Source: Eubacteriales Family XIII. Incertae Sedis bacterium
GTDB taxonomy: Bacteria; Bacillota; Clostridia; Peptostreptococcales; Anaerovoracaceae
NCBI GenBank assembly: GCA_031255695.1
Contig: JAIRSA010000072.1
Span: 1-32,994 of the forward strand
Length of the DNA: 32,994 nucleotides
Direction: 5' to 3'
Shown here piece after piece: positions 17,003 through 28,649 of this stretch; the first letter of the stretch is position 1, and each line of letters begins with the position of its first letter. The notes under the pieces were generated by a model. It did not search any database. It saw only the letters and a program-made list of their open reading frames with translations, and had not been told where the DNA came from. The position numbers and the translations under genes were made by a program.

Positions 17003-17392
17003 ATGGGCAGTTTGTTTGGTTTGGATTCTTTTTTGAGCAAGGCGGAAAGGGAGCGGAGCAACAAGGAATTTGAGGGCAGGATATTCCCGCATGGCCTGGA
17101 GGCGCAGCGCGGGATCATAAAGGAGCGGCTCGCGCAGCTTCTGACGGGCCCCGCCACGGACGAAGAGCGCCTGTTCGCGTTCATTGCCACGAAGGATGCG
17201 TATACTTCAGGCAGCAACGAGCAGGAAGGCCTGGCAATGGCAAAAGCGCAGCTCAAGCGGCTGCGCTGGCTGAAGCCTTCGGATGCGGCGCTGATCATGG
17301 AATTGGTGCGTGTGGATTCCGGGCTGGCGTCGCTGGACGGCTACCCGGAGGCAGAGGCGATCGCCAGGGGGCTCAAGGAGCGGCAATATTGA
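17003..17392 (+). CDS. hypothetical protein (129 aa, no recognisable motif)
   Basis: GGAGGG SD 6 nt upstream of ATG 17003, with normal-looking codon and amino-acid composition. The 3' end overlaps the purF 3' end by 20 nt. Confidence 0.5.
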   Translation: MGSLFGLDSFLSKAERERSNKEFEGRIFPHGLEAQRGIIKERLAQLLTGPATDEERLFAFIATKDAYTSGSNEQEGLAMAKAQLKRLRWLKPSDAALIMELVRVDSGLASLDGYPEAEAIARGLKERQY

Positions 17393-18839
17393 CGATCTTC
17401 TGTTCGAACTGGCTCTTTTCCGCCTTCGTGGGGGGCTGGATCGGATAGTCGCCGCTGAAGCAGGCGCAGCATATGGGGCAGCCCTTGCTGCCGATGATCG
17501 CGGACAGCGACTCTATCGGCAGATAGGCGAGGGAGTCCGCGCCAATTATTTCTGCGGTCTCCTCGACAGTGTTGTTGTATGCTATGAGCAGTTCGCTGTC
17601 GGGCACGTCCGTGCCGAAATAGCATGGGTGCATGAATGGGGGCGACGATATGCGCATGTGGACTTCCTTCGCGCCGGCATCCCGCAGCGCCGAGACTATG
17701 CGCGCGGAGGTCGTGCCACGCACGATGGAGTCGTCGATCATGATCACGCGCTTGCCCTTCACGTTGTAGGCCAGCGGGTTGAGCTTCAGCCGGACCGCCC
17801 TCTCGCGCTGCCCTTGGGACGGCTGTATGAAGGTGCGGCCGATATATCTGTTTTTGATCAGCCCGACGCCGTAGGGTATGCCCGACTGGCTGGCGTAGCC
17901 GATGGCGGCGCTTATGCCCGAGTCTGGCACGCCGATCACTATGTCGGCGTCCACGGGGTGCAGCTTCGCCAGGCTTTTGCCCATCTCCTGGCGGGCCCAT
18001 TCCACGCTTATCCCCTCAAGCACGCTGTCTGGGCGCGAAAAATATATGAATTCGAATGAGCAGAACGATTTCGGCGCATGGATCTTTGTGGGGATGGATT
18101 TTAAAACGCCATCCTCGACGACCACGATCTCGCCGGGCTCTATGTCGCGCACGAATGTGCCGCCGACGGCATCTATGGCGCAGCTCTCGGAGGCGAAGAT
18201 ATAGTGCCCGTCGAACAGGCCCATGCAGAGCGGGCGGAAGCCGTTGGGGTCGCGGACTGCGATCATTTTTCTGGGGCTCATGATGAGCAGGGAGTAGGCC
18301 CCCTTGATCCGTTCCATGGCCTTCGCAACCGCTGCCTCTATGGAATCGGCGAGAAGCCTTTCCTGGACGATTATGTAGGCGATGATCTCGCTGTCGTTGG
18401 TGGAGTGGAATATGCCGCCATGCCCCTCTATCTCGAGGCGGAGATCGCCGGCGTTGACGAGATTGCCGTTGTGGGCCACGGCCAGGTTGCCCTTATAGTG
18501 GGAGACCACTATCGGCTGGGCGTTTTCGACGTTGGGCGTCCCGGTGGTCGAATAGCGGACATGGCCTATGGCCGAGTTGCCCTTGAGCTTGCTTATCATC
18601 TCAGCATTGAAGACATCGAGGACGAGGCCGAGGCTTTTGTGGCAGCTTATCACGCCTGCGTCGTTCACGGCAATGCCGCAGGACTCCTGGCCCCTGTGCT
18701 GCAGCGAGAAAAGCGCTGTGAATGTCTCATAGGCCGGATCGATGTTCGATCCATGTGGCGTGGCAATCCCGAATATGCCGCATTCCTCGCCAAGCCCCTC
18801 GTGGAAAGGCATGTCTTTTATTGAGTTTTCGTAAATCAT
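17373..18839 (-). CDS. purF: amidophosphoribosyltransferase
   Basis: Propeptide followed by the Ntn nucleophile CGIFGI, PRPP loop VIMIDDSIVRGTT, and C-terminal Fe-S cysteines (CPICCACFSGDYP). Confidence 0.95.
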   Translation of the reverse strand: MIYENSIKDMPFHEGLGEECGIFGIATPHGSNIDPAYETFTALFSLQHRGQESCGIAVNDAGVISCHKSLGLVLDVFNAEMISKLKGNSAIGHVRYSTTGTPNVENAQPIVVSHYKGNLAVAHNGNLVNAGDLRLEIEGHGGIFHSTNDSEIIAYIIVQERLLADSIEAAVAKAMERIKGAYSLLIMSPRKMIAVRDPNGFRPLCMGLFDGHYIFASESCAIDAVGGTFVRDIEPGEIVVVEDGVLKSIPTKIHAPKSFCSFEFIYFSRPDSVLEGISVEWARQEMGKSLAKLHPVDADIVIGVPDSGISAAIGYASQSGIPYGVGLIKNRYIGRTFIQPSQGQRERAVRLKLNPLAYNVKGKRVIMIDDSIVRGTTSARIVSALRDAGAKEVHMRISSPPFMHPCYFGTDVPDSELLIAYNNTVEETAEIIGADSLAYLPIESLSAIIGSKGCPICCACFSGDYPIQPPTKAEKSQFEQKIVNIAAP

Positions 18840-18908
18840 AGTACCCCTAGTCTTTCAATTATCGTGTCGCCGCGCCCCTGCCTGCGCAGGCTGCCTGCTG
18901 CGGCGGGG

Positions 18909-19493
18909 CTATTCTTCGAATTGATTGGTGTCGTATGTGCTTATGATGCGGCGCGCTATCTCAGCTCTGGTCATCCTGCGCTCCATCGCCTGTTTCTCAA
19001 TGAATTTGTGCGCCTGGCCTTCAGGCATCTTGAGGCTGGAGATCAGCAATGCCTTGGCGCGGTTTATGATCTGCATGTCCTCAAGCTTTTGTTTGAGGCT
19101 GTCGTTCTGCGACTGCATGGCCTGCAGCCTGTTGTGGATGACAGCTATATTCTTCAGCGTTGACCATAGGATCGCGCGTTTCAAGGGCTTTGCCAATACA
19201 AAGACCCCCGAAGGCTCCACTGTGCCGCGGATCTTGCCGGCCTGCTCCTCGCCTGCGACAATAAGGCATTGGCAGCAGCCGCGCGTGACCGCTTCGAGCG
19301 CCAGTTCCGCGCCCGAACCGTCCGGGAGGGGGGAGTTTATTATACAGAGGTCATAATCGCCGCGTGACAGCGCCATGGCAGCGCTGCCGGCGCTGTCGGC
19401 GGTGGATACCTTGCCGTATTGGCATGCGTTCAAAAAGTCCTCGAAATACACTCGGCCCGCTTCCGAACCGGAGATCACCAAAATATTGTTCAT
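18909..19493 (-). CDS. ANTAR-domain RNA-binding regulator with a degenerate (pseudo-)receiver domain
   Basis: C-terminal ANTAR pattern (IINRAKALLISSLKMPEGQAHKFIEKQAMERRMTRAEIARRII). The N-terminal REC-like fold lacks the acidic pair and the acceptor Asp. GAGGTG SD. Confidence 0.8.
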   Translation of the reverse strand: MNNILVISGSEAGRVYFEDFLNACQYGKVSTADSAGSAAMALSRGDYDLCIINSPLPDGSGAELALEAVTRGCCQCLIVAGEEQAGKIRGTVEPSGVFVLAKPLKRAILWSTLKNIAVIHNRLQAMQSQNDSLKQKLEDMQIINRAKALLISSLKMPEGQAHKFIEKQAMERRMTRAEIARRIISTYDTNQFEE

Positions 19494-19695
19494 AATTGCC
19501 GCACCTCATGTTATAATAACATAAATTGCGGCGGCTGTGTTATATATACCCAAAAAAATTTCAGCTGCGCATAATGCGGCTATCTGTTGGAACCACGGGC
19601 TTCATGGGGCTTGGCGCCTTGGCTTGGGCTATGCTGTGCGGCTGCGCGGGCAAGGGGCAGCGCGAAAATAAAGCCTAAAAATCCGATGCGGGGTT

Positions 19696-19724
19696 TTGCC
19701 TGAATCGGCTTATTATTATACTAT
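19696..19724 (+). promoter_or_regulatory. candidate niaR promoter (TTGCCT-17-TACTAT)
   Basis: Hexamers at 19696-19701 and 19719-19724, 27 nt upstream of the niaR ATG. Confidence 0.4.
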
Positions 19725-19750
19725 GCGGGATTATGCGAGGAGGCTTATCG

Positions 19751-20284
19751 ATGAACGGCGAAGAACGGAGGGATGCCATATTGGCGATCCTCGAAGGGCA
19801 GGCGCGGGGCGCGGGCAGGGCGCCCGTGAGCGCGACGAGGCTGGCGCAGACGGTGGATGTGAGCAGGCAGGTGATCGTGGGCGACATCGCGTTGCTTAGG
19901 GCCCAGGGCAAGCCCATCATCGCGACGGCGAGGGGCTATATGATGGACGGGCCCGCAGCGGCGGCCGGGCGCTATATAGGGAAGATCGCGTGCCGCCATA
20001 GCGCGGGCGATACCGAAAAGGAGCTTGCGGGCATTGTCGAGCATGGCGGGGAGGTGATCGACGTGACGGTCAGCCACCACCTGTATGGGGATATAACGGG
20101 CCAGCTGAACATCGCAACAAAGCAGGATGCAGCAGATTTCGTCGCGCGCGTCAGGACTGGGGGCGAGCGCCTGCTTTCGGAGCTGACGGGCGGCATGCAC
20201 CTGCATACGGTCGCGTGCCGGGACTGCGACAGCTTCGAGGCTATCAAGGGCTGGCTCAGGGAACAGGGGCTCCTCTACGAGTAG
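19751..20284 (+). CDS. niaR: NiaR (YrxA)-type transcriptional repressor of NAD/niacin metabolism
   Basis: HTH segment VSRQVIVGDIALLRAQGKPIIATARGY matches the YrxA/NiaR signature. C-terminal 3H-domain histidines are present. GAGGAGG SD 8 nt upstream of ATG 19751. Confidence 0.8.
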   Translation: MNGEERRDAILAILEGQARGAGRAPVSATRLAQTVDVSRQVIVGDIALLRAQGKPIIATARGYMMDGPAAAAGRYIGKIACRHSAGDTEKELAGIVEHGGEVIDVTVSHHLYGDITGQLNIATKQDAADFVARVRTGGERLLSELTGGMHLHTVACRDCDSFEAIKGWLREQGLLYE

Positions 20285-20320
20285 CGCCGGCAGAAGAAAA
20301 AAATAATTGGCGAAAACCGC

Positions 20321-20361
20321 TTGACTAATGGTCCGCCACGCCGTATACTTGACATATGTCA
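20321..20361 (+). promoter_or_regulatory. promoter (TTGACT-17-TATACT) with an abutting perfect 12-bp palindrome TGACATATGTCA (candidate NiaR operator)
   Basis: -35 at 20321-20326, -10 at 20344-20349, palindrome at 20350-20361 over the expected transcription start. Confidence 0.5.
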
Positions 20362-20408
20362 TTACACATATCGTTTGCTTGCCGGACGCCCGGCCCGTCA
20401 GGGCTGCG

Positions 20409-20506
20409 GAGGCTGGGGCGCATGCCCGGCCCGCAGGGGCTGCATCCCATGACCCGCAGGGACACCGCCGAGGCTGGGGCGCATGCCCGGCCCGCAGGGG
20501 CTGCAT
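20409..20506. repeat. 37-nt perfect direct repeat x2 (period 61 nt) in the niaX-like 5' leader
   Basis: GAGGCTGGGGCGCATGCCCGGCCCGCAGGGGCTGCAT at 20409-20445 and 20470-20506. Confidence 0.9.
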
Positions 20507-20550
20507 GGGGGCGCCGGCAGGCTGTACGGCATTAGGGAAGGGGGCCCATT

Positions 20551-21129
20551 ATGAAAATCCAATCTACAGGCGCACGCATAGGCGCCACCAACACGCACAA
20601 GATCACCGCCGCCGCTCTGCTCATAGCGATCGGCATCGCCATCCCCATAATCTCGCCATTCAAGATCTGGCTGGAGCCAGCATCTTTCACGCTGGCGAGC
20701 CATGTGGCCATTTTTATCGCAATGTTCATAGACCCGCTGATAGCCATAGCGGTCGCCATCGGCACGGCCATCAGTTTTTTCAGCCTTTCTATTGTGGTGG
20801 CGCTAAGGGCGTCGTCGCATCTGGTATTCGTCATAATAGGGGGCTTGTATCTCAGAAAACACCCTGAGATACTGTTCAACCCCGCAAAGGTGCAGTTATT
20901 CGCATTCCTGATAGCGCTGATACATGCGGCCGGCGAGATGATCGTCGTCAGTGCCTTCTATTTCGGCGGCAGCATGACCCAGTATACCTCGCTGCAGATG
21001 GTCTTCCTGCTGATCGGCCTCGGCTCGGTCGTGCACAGCATGGTGGATTTTGAGATCGCGCTCGTGGTGTACAGGGCGCTGTGCAGGCAGAAAGGCTTCG
21101 CGGCGGCCTTTATGCGCAAGGCCGCTTAA
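20551..21129 (+). CDS. small integral membrane protein, probable NiaX-like niacin/vitamin transporter (ECF S-component-like)
   Basis: 192 aa with about 6 hydrophobic helices. It lies immediately downstream of niaR behind a promoter carrying a palindromic operator candidate. Confidence 0.55.
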   Translation: MKIQSTGARIGATNTHKITAAALLIAIGIAIPIISPFKIWLEPASFTLASHVAIFIAMFIDPLIAIAVAIGTAISFFSLSIVVALRASSHLVFVIIGGLYLRKHPEILFNPAKVQLFAFLIALIHAAGEMIVVSAFYFGGSMTQYTSLQMVFLLIGLGSVVHSMVDFEIALVVYRALCRQKGFAAAFMRKAA

Positions 21130-21193
21130 AGCGCCCGGCTGAGCAGGCGGCTAAGCAGCGGCGCAAAAAATCAGCCAAATTGTAAAAAATGCC

Positions 21194-21222
21194 TTGACGC
21201 GGCCCGTATTTGAGGCTATACT
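21194..21222 (+). promoter_or_regulatory. glnN promoter (TTGACG-17-TATACT)
   Basis: Hexamers at 21194-21199 and 21217-21222. Confidence 0.55.
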
Positions 21223-21236
21223 TTACTTCATGAAAA

Positions 21237-21252
21237 GCAGCAAAGGCGCTGC
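21237..21252 (+). promoter_or_regulatory. candidate antiterminator hairpin GCAGC-AAAGGC-GCUGC (hexaloop with A1 and G4)
   Basis: 5-bp stem. Its 3' arm (21248-21252) lies inside the 5' arm of the downstream terminator, so the two are mutually exclusive. Confidence 0.35.
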
Positions 21253-21282
21253 GGGTCCCCACCCGTGGTGCTTTTGTTTTTT
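21245..21282 (+). terminator. intrinsic terminator in the glnN leader
   Basis: GGCGCUGCGGGU-CCCC-ACCCGUGGUGCU forms a 12-bp stem (4 G.U pairs), followed by UUUGUUUUUU. It lies ~130 nt upstream of the glnN ATG. Confidence 0.6.
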
Positions 21283-21307
21283 GGTGGCGCAGGCAGCCAT
21301 TCGGCTG

Positions 21308-21353
21308 GCAGGGCCAGCGCGCCACGGCCGCAGGCAAGCAGGGCCAACGCGCC
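21308..21353. repeat. 16-nt direct repeat x2 (period 30 nt) in the glnN leader
   Basis: GCAGGGCCARCGCGCC at 21308-21323 and 21338-21353. Confidence 0.8.
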
Positions 21354-21414
21354 CCGCCGGCCCAAACGTTTTAGTTGGAGGACAGAATAAAATACTATCA
21401 GGAGGTTTTGTGTT

Positions 21415-23514
<2,100 letters not shown>

Positions 23515-23538
23515 CGCGGCGCGGGACAACAGGGCGGC

Positions 23539-23586
23539 GCGGATGGCACGATGACAATAGAACGGTGCGGATGGCACGATGACAAT
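23539..23586. repeat. 20-nt direct repeat x2 (period 28 nt) downstream of glnN
   Basis: GCGGATGGCACGATGACAAT at 23539-23558 and 23567-23586. Confidence 0.9.
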
Positions 23587-23590
23587 GGGG

Positions 23591-23634
23591 CGGCGCGGAT
23601 TATTGCACGGATCGCAGTGTGATAATCCGCGCCG
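23591..23634 (+). terminator. 13-bp perfect hairpin downstream of glnN (terminator or 3' stabiliser)
   Basis: CGGCGCGGATTAT (23591-23603) pairs with ATAATCCGCGCCG (23622-23634). No U tract follows. Confidence 0.4.
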
Positions 23635-23670
23635 TCCCATTGCCGTAAAACGTGCCGCCCCATCGCCGTT

Positions 23671-23711
23671 CACGATTTTGCCATTCGGGATTTTGTCATT
23701 CGAGATTTTGT
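23671..23711. repeat. 15-nt tandem repeat (~2.7 copies) just upstream of the pyrG promoter
   Basis: CATTCGRGATTTTGT at 23682 and 23697, preceded by the partial copy CACGATTTTGC. Confidence 0.85.
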
Positions 23712-23729
23712 TTAGTTTGGCCCATATCC

Positions 23730-25454
<1,725 letters not shown>

Positions 25455-25574
25455 GGCGGCGCGCCCTTCGGTTACCATAGCTTTGCAGCTAGATTACATT
25501 TTAATAAAATTAGATAATTGTTATTGCGAAACCACAGAAATCGGTATAATATGTAAATAGAGAATTAGCGGGAC

Positions 25575-25745
25575 GGCGGGGGCGCGTGTGGCGCCCTGGA
25601 ACTGGCGGAGCGCGTGGAAACGCTGGAAATTGAATGGGCCGGCGGGGCGCGCGTGGCGCATCGGCCAGGGCGCGTGTGGCGCCCATGGGCCGGCGGGGCG
25701 CGTGGAAGCGCTTGAAACCGAATGGGACGGCGGGGCGCGCCGGCG
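25575..25745. repeat. ~88-89-nt GC-rich unit duplicated in the S-layer gene 5' region
   Basis: GCGCGTGGAARCGCTKGAAAYYGAATGGGMCGGCGGGGCGCGC at 25610 and 25698. GGCGCGTGTGGCGCCC at about 25580 and 25669. Confidence 0.8.
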
Positions 25746-25837
25746 GGCGCGCGCACGGGTTTCTATGCCAGGCGGCCATACAGGCCATCGTACAGTAATC
25801 TTTAATGAGAATCGGCTGAGAATAGGAGAGTAAGATT

Positions 25838-28273
25838 ATGAAAAAGATAGTGTCTTGGATTGCGATAACGACTATGGCAGCCGCATTGTTTGTCTCAGGC
25901 GCTGCCAGCCAGCCGTCATACGCGGCGGCCAGTTTCCCCGACATAGCGGGCCATTGGGCGGAGGGCGAGGTCATGAGCGCCACCAACCACGGCTATATCA
26001 ATGGCTATGTGGACGGCACTTTCAGGCCGGACAACCCCATTTCGAGGGCCGAATTCGTAAAGATCATCAATACCGCCATGTATTATACCGAAATGACGAA
26101 CATAGCCTACAAGGATGTCCCTGTCAACGAATGGTATTTCTATGAAGTCCAGAAGGCCCAGCGCGCCGGCTATATCCAGGGCGACGATTCGGGCCTGTTC
26201 AGGCCGGACGCGCAGATAACCCGCGAAGAGACGGCGGTGATCCTGGGGCGCATTTCCGATGAAGGCGATTCCAATTTCTCCCTTACGGGGGTCAGGGACG
26301 TGTCGCGCGTAAGCGACTGGGCCATGGAAGGCGTGCGCAGGGCCTACAGCCTGGGCTATATGAACGGCGACACGAACGCGAACTTCAACCCGGCGGCCCC
26401 TCTCAGGCGGGGCGAGGCGGTCAAGATAATAAACAGGGTGATCGGGCTGCAGCCCATGGATGTCAGCTCTGGCAGCGGCACAGGCCAGAACGGCAACCAG
26501 AACAACAATAACAACAACGATAATCAGAACAATAACAACAGCACGGCGCCCAGCGTATCGAGCGTCAATATCTCGTCCATAACCCAGAGCCAGGCCACGC
26601 TTACGTTCACCGTCTCCAAGGACGCTACGCTCTACTGGGTCGTGCTGCTAGGCGACGGGTCGTCTACGCCCAACGCGACACAGATAACGCAGGGGCGGAC
26701 AAACGGGAATTCGTCCGCATATTCGTACAGCAGCAGGACAGTCTATGCCAATTCAAGCTCCAGCGCCACATTGAGCAGCCTGGATGCGGATCAGTCCTAC
26801 AAGGTATGCCTCGTGGCCAAGGACTCGAACGGCGTATTCTCGCCCATAGCCACCAGGACATTTACGACCAGCGCGTCCGGGAGCACGGGCGAGAACTGGC
26901 TCAGCACCTTCAGCGTCGGCAGCATCACGAACGATTCCATCAAACTCACCGCGAGATCGACCAGGAGGGGCTATGTGTACTGGGTCATCGTCGAGGGCAG
27001 CAGCTCGTCTACGCCGTCGGCAAGCCGCATAAGGGATGGCAGGGACGCATCGAACAATTACGTCGATCATTCAGACAGCTTCTCGGTCAGCGCGAACTCG
27101 TCGGAGAGCATGGATATATATGACCTGACGCCGGGCACCAACTACCGCATCTATGGCTGCGTGTTCGACGGCACAAGCAGCAACAGCAACTACTCCGTGG
27201 TGAAATCGGCCTCATTTAAGACCACAGGCACCAACAACCAGTGGATATCCAGGCTGAACGTGCCGACCGCCGACATCCAAGAGACGTCAGCGCGCTTCAC
27301 CAGCACCTTCAGCGTCAGCGGCAGCAGCTACAGGTTCTACTGGATGGCCGTGAAGAACTCGAACCCGACGCCGACCCCCGCGCAGATCAAGGCGGCCAGC
27401 TATGGCGGTTCGAGCACGGCGACGAACACTTACAACCCGAATATCGTCGATTTCGGCGACGGCAGCGGGTATTCCGTGCCGAGCTCAAGGTCTTTGAGCT
27501 ATGATGTCAACAATCTTGTGGCCGGCGAGACCTATGCCGTCTACGGCGTGGTCTATTCGGGCTCGTCGACATATTCCAACGTCGTGAAGTCGAACACGTT
27601 CAAGGCCGACAGCCAGGTGGCCTACGCCACGAACCTCACGGCCATGTCGCTCTCGTACAAGGATGGCGGCGGGAGCACGAAGCCGCTGGAGAGCGGCAAG
27701 TTCAGCTTTGCGCCGGGCACATACACATATAACGTGGCATTGCCGGCAGGGAGCACCGAAATGTCGCTTTCCGTGACGACGGCCGCGCTGGCTACGGCCA
27801 GGCACAACGGCAACGTGTTCGCGAACTTCGGCGCTACAGGCAGCATCAGCGTGCCGCTTGGCACGGGGACTACGCAGGTGGACATAACCGTCCGCGAGAG
27901 CGGGAAGACGGACAGGGTATATAGGCTCAACGTGTCCGTGGAGGCCGCGCCGACTGCCGAGATAAACAGCATAAGCATCCAGGACCTGCAGCCTGAATTC
28001 TCATTCAGCAAGGGCACATACGAATATCACCACACTGTCGCCAGCGGCACTTCGTCTGTGCCTGTACTGGTGAATGCAGCGAGCGGCGTGAACGTGAACG
28101 TGACGAGCACTGGGCCCAGCCCGCCGTCGAGCTCTTCGGAGGGGAGCTATATGGTGCAGCTGAACGCCCCAAGCGCGGATACTGCGGGTTCGGGCGTCAC
28201 GGTGATAACAATAAGCGCGTCCAAGGCGGGCGCGGACGATGTAGAATATAGGATCACTATTACAAGGCCTTAG
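25838..28273 (+). CDS. secreted SLH-domain cell-surface (S-layer-type) protein with repeated beta-sandwich modules
   Basis: Signal peptide (cleavage near SYA-AA), three SLH repeats, and a poly-Asn linker. These are followed by three to four ~110-aa FN3-like repeats and two cadherin-like modules ending ...YRLNVS / ...YRITITRP. Confidence 0.85.
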   Translation: MKKIVSWIAITTMAAALFVSGAASQPSYAAASFPDIAGHWAEGEVMSATNHGYINGYVDGTFRPDNPISRAEFVKIINTAMYYTEMTNIAYKDVPVNEWYFYEVQKAQRAGYIQGDDSGLFRPDAQITREETAVILGRISDEGDSNFSLTGVRDVSRVSDWAMEGVRRAYSLGYMNGDTNANFNPAAPLRRGEAVKIINRVIGLQPMDVSSGSGTGQNGNQNNNNNNDNQNNNNSTAPSVSSVNISSITQSQATLTFTVSKDATLYWVVLLGDGSSTPNATQITQGRTNGNSSAYSYSSRTVYANSSSSATLSSLDADQSYKVCLVAKDSNGVFSPIATRTFTTSASGSTGENWLSTFSVGSITNDSIKLTARSTRRGYVYWVIVEGSSSSTPSASRIRDGRDASNNYVDHSDSFSVSANSSESMDIYDLTPGTNYRIYGCVFDGTSSNSNYSVVKSASFKTTGTNNQWISRLNVPTADIQETSARFTSTFSVSGSSYRFYWMAVKNSNPTPTPAQIKAASYGGSSTATNTYNPNIVDFGDGSGYSVPSSRSLSYDVNNLVAGETYAVYGVVYSGSSTYSNVVKSNTFKADSQVAYATNLTAMSLSYKDGGGSTKPLESGKFSFAPGTYTYNVALPAGSTEMSLSVTTAALATARHNGNVFANFGATGSISVPLGTGTTQVDITVRESGKTDRVYRLNVSVEAAPTAEINSISIQDLQPEFSFSKGTYEYHHTVASGTSSVPVLVNAASGVNVNVTSTGPSPPSSSSEGSYMVQLNAPSADTAGSGVTVITISASKAGADDVEYRITITRP

Positions 28274-28431
28274 CCTTACAATGCCTTGCCGCTGCGTGAA
28301 AACAACCTTCTTTCATTTTCACGCTTAGGGCTTTGCGGCAGCTTAAAGATGTAATGACGGCTGCGGGCTTGCACCGGCCCGCGGCCGGCCCACATTAGCC
28401 ATCCGATGGCAGCAAGGGTGTTTAGGGGTTA

Positions 28432-28593
28432 ATACTGTTCTCCGACTAAAAGCGCGACATATTTGCGGCTGATTCGCCGCCCTGCTTTGTTGCAAAGCCG
28501 CACCGAACCTCCGGGTTCGCCTTGCGTTTTGCGCCTAGCAGGACAGCAAATCATCACGCAAATCTTATCTGCGTTTCAATCGGAGAACAGTAT
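28432..28593. mobile_element. 162-bp MITE-like / long imperfect palindromic element
   Basis: Terminal inverted repeats ATACTGTTCTCCGA (28432-28445) and TCGGAGAACAGTAT (28580-28593). The arms stay largely complementary for ~55 nt. No ORF. A related half copy lies at 32851-32913. Confidence 0.45.
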
Positions 28594-28649
28594 AAAAGGG
28601 ATTAGGAGGCGGCTTTAGGGAAGGCCGCCTATGCAGCGAAGGGCAGAGT

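Noticed and set aside
21130-21190. Terminator after the niaX-like gene (GCGCC...GGCGC followed by AAAAAA)
   Set aside because: The hairpin is followed by an A-run rather than a U-run on the + strand, so it does not fit an intrinsic terminator for this gene.
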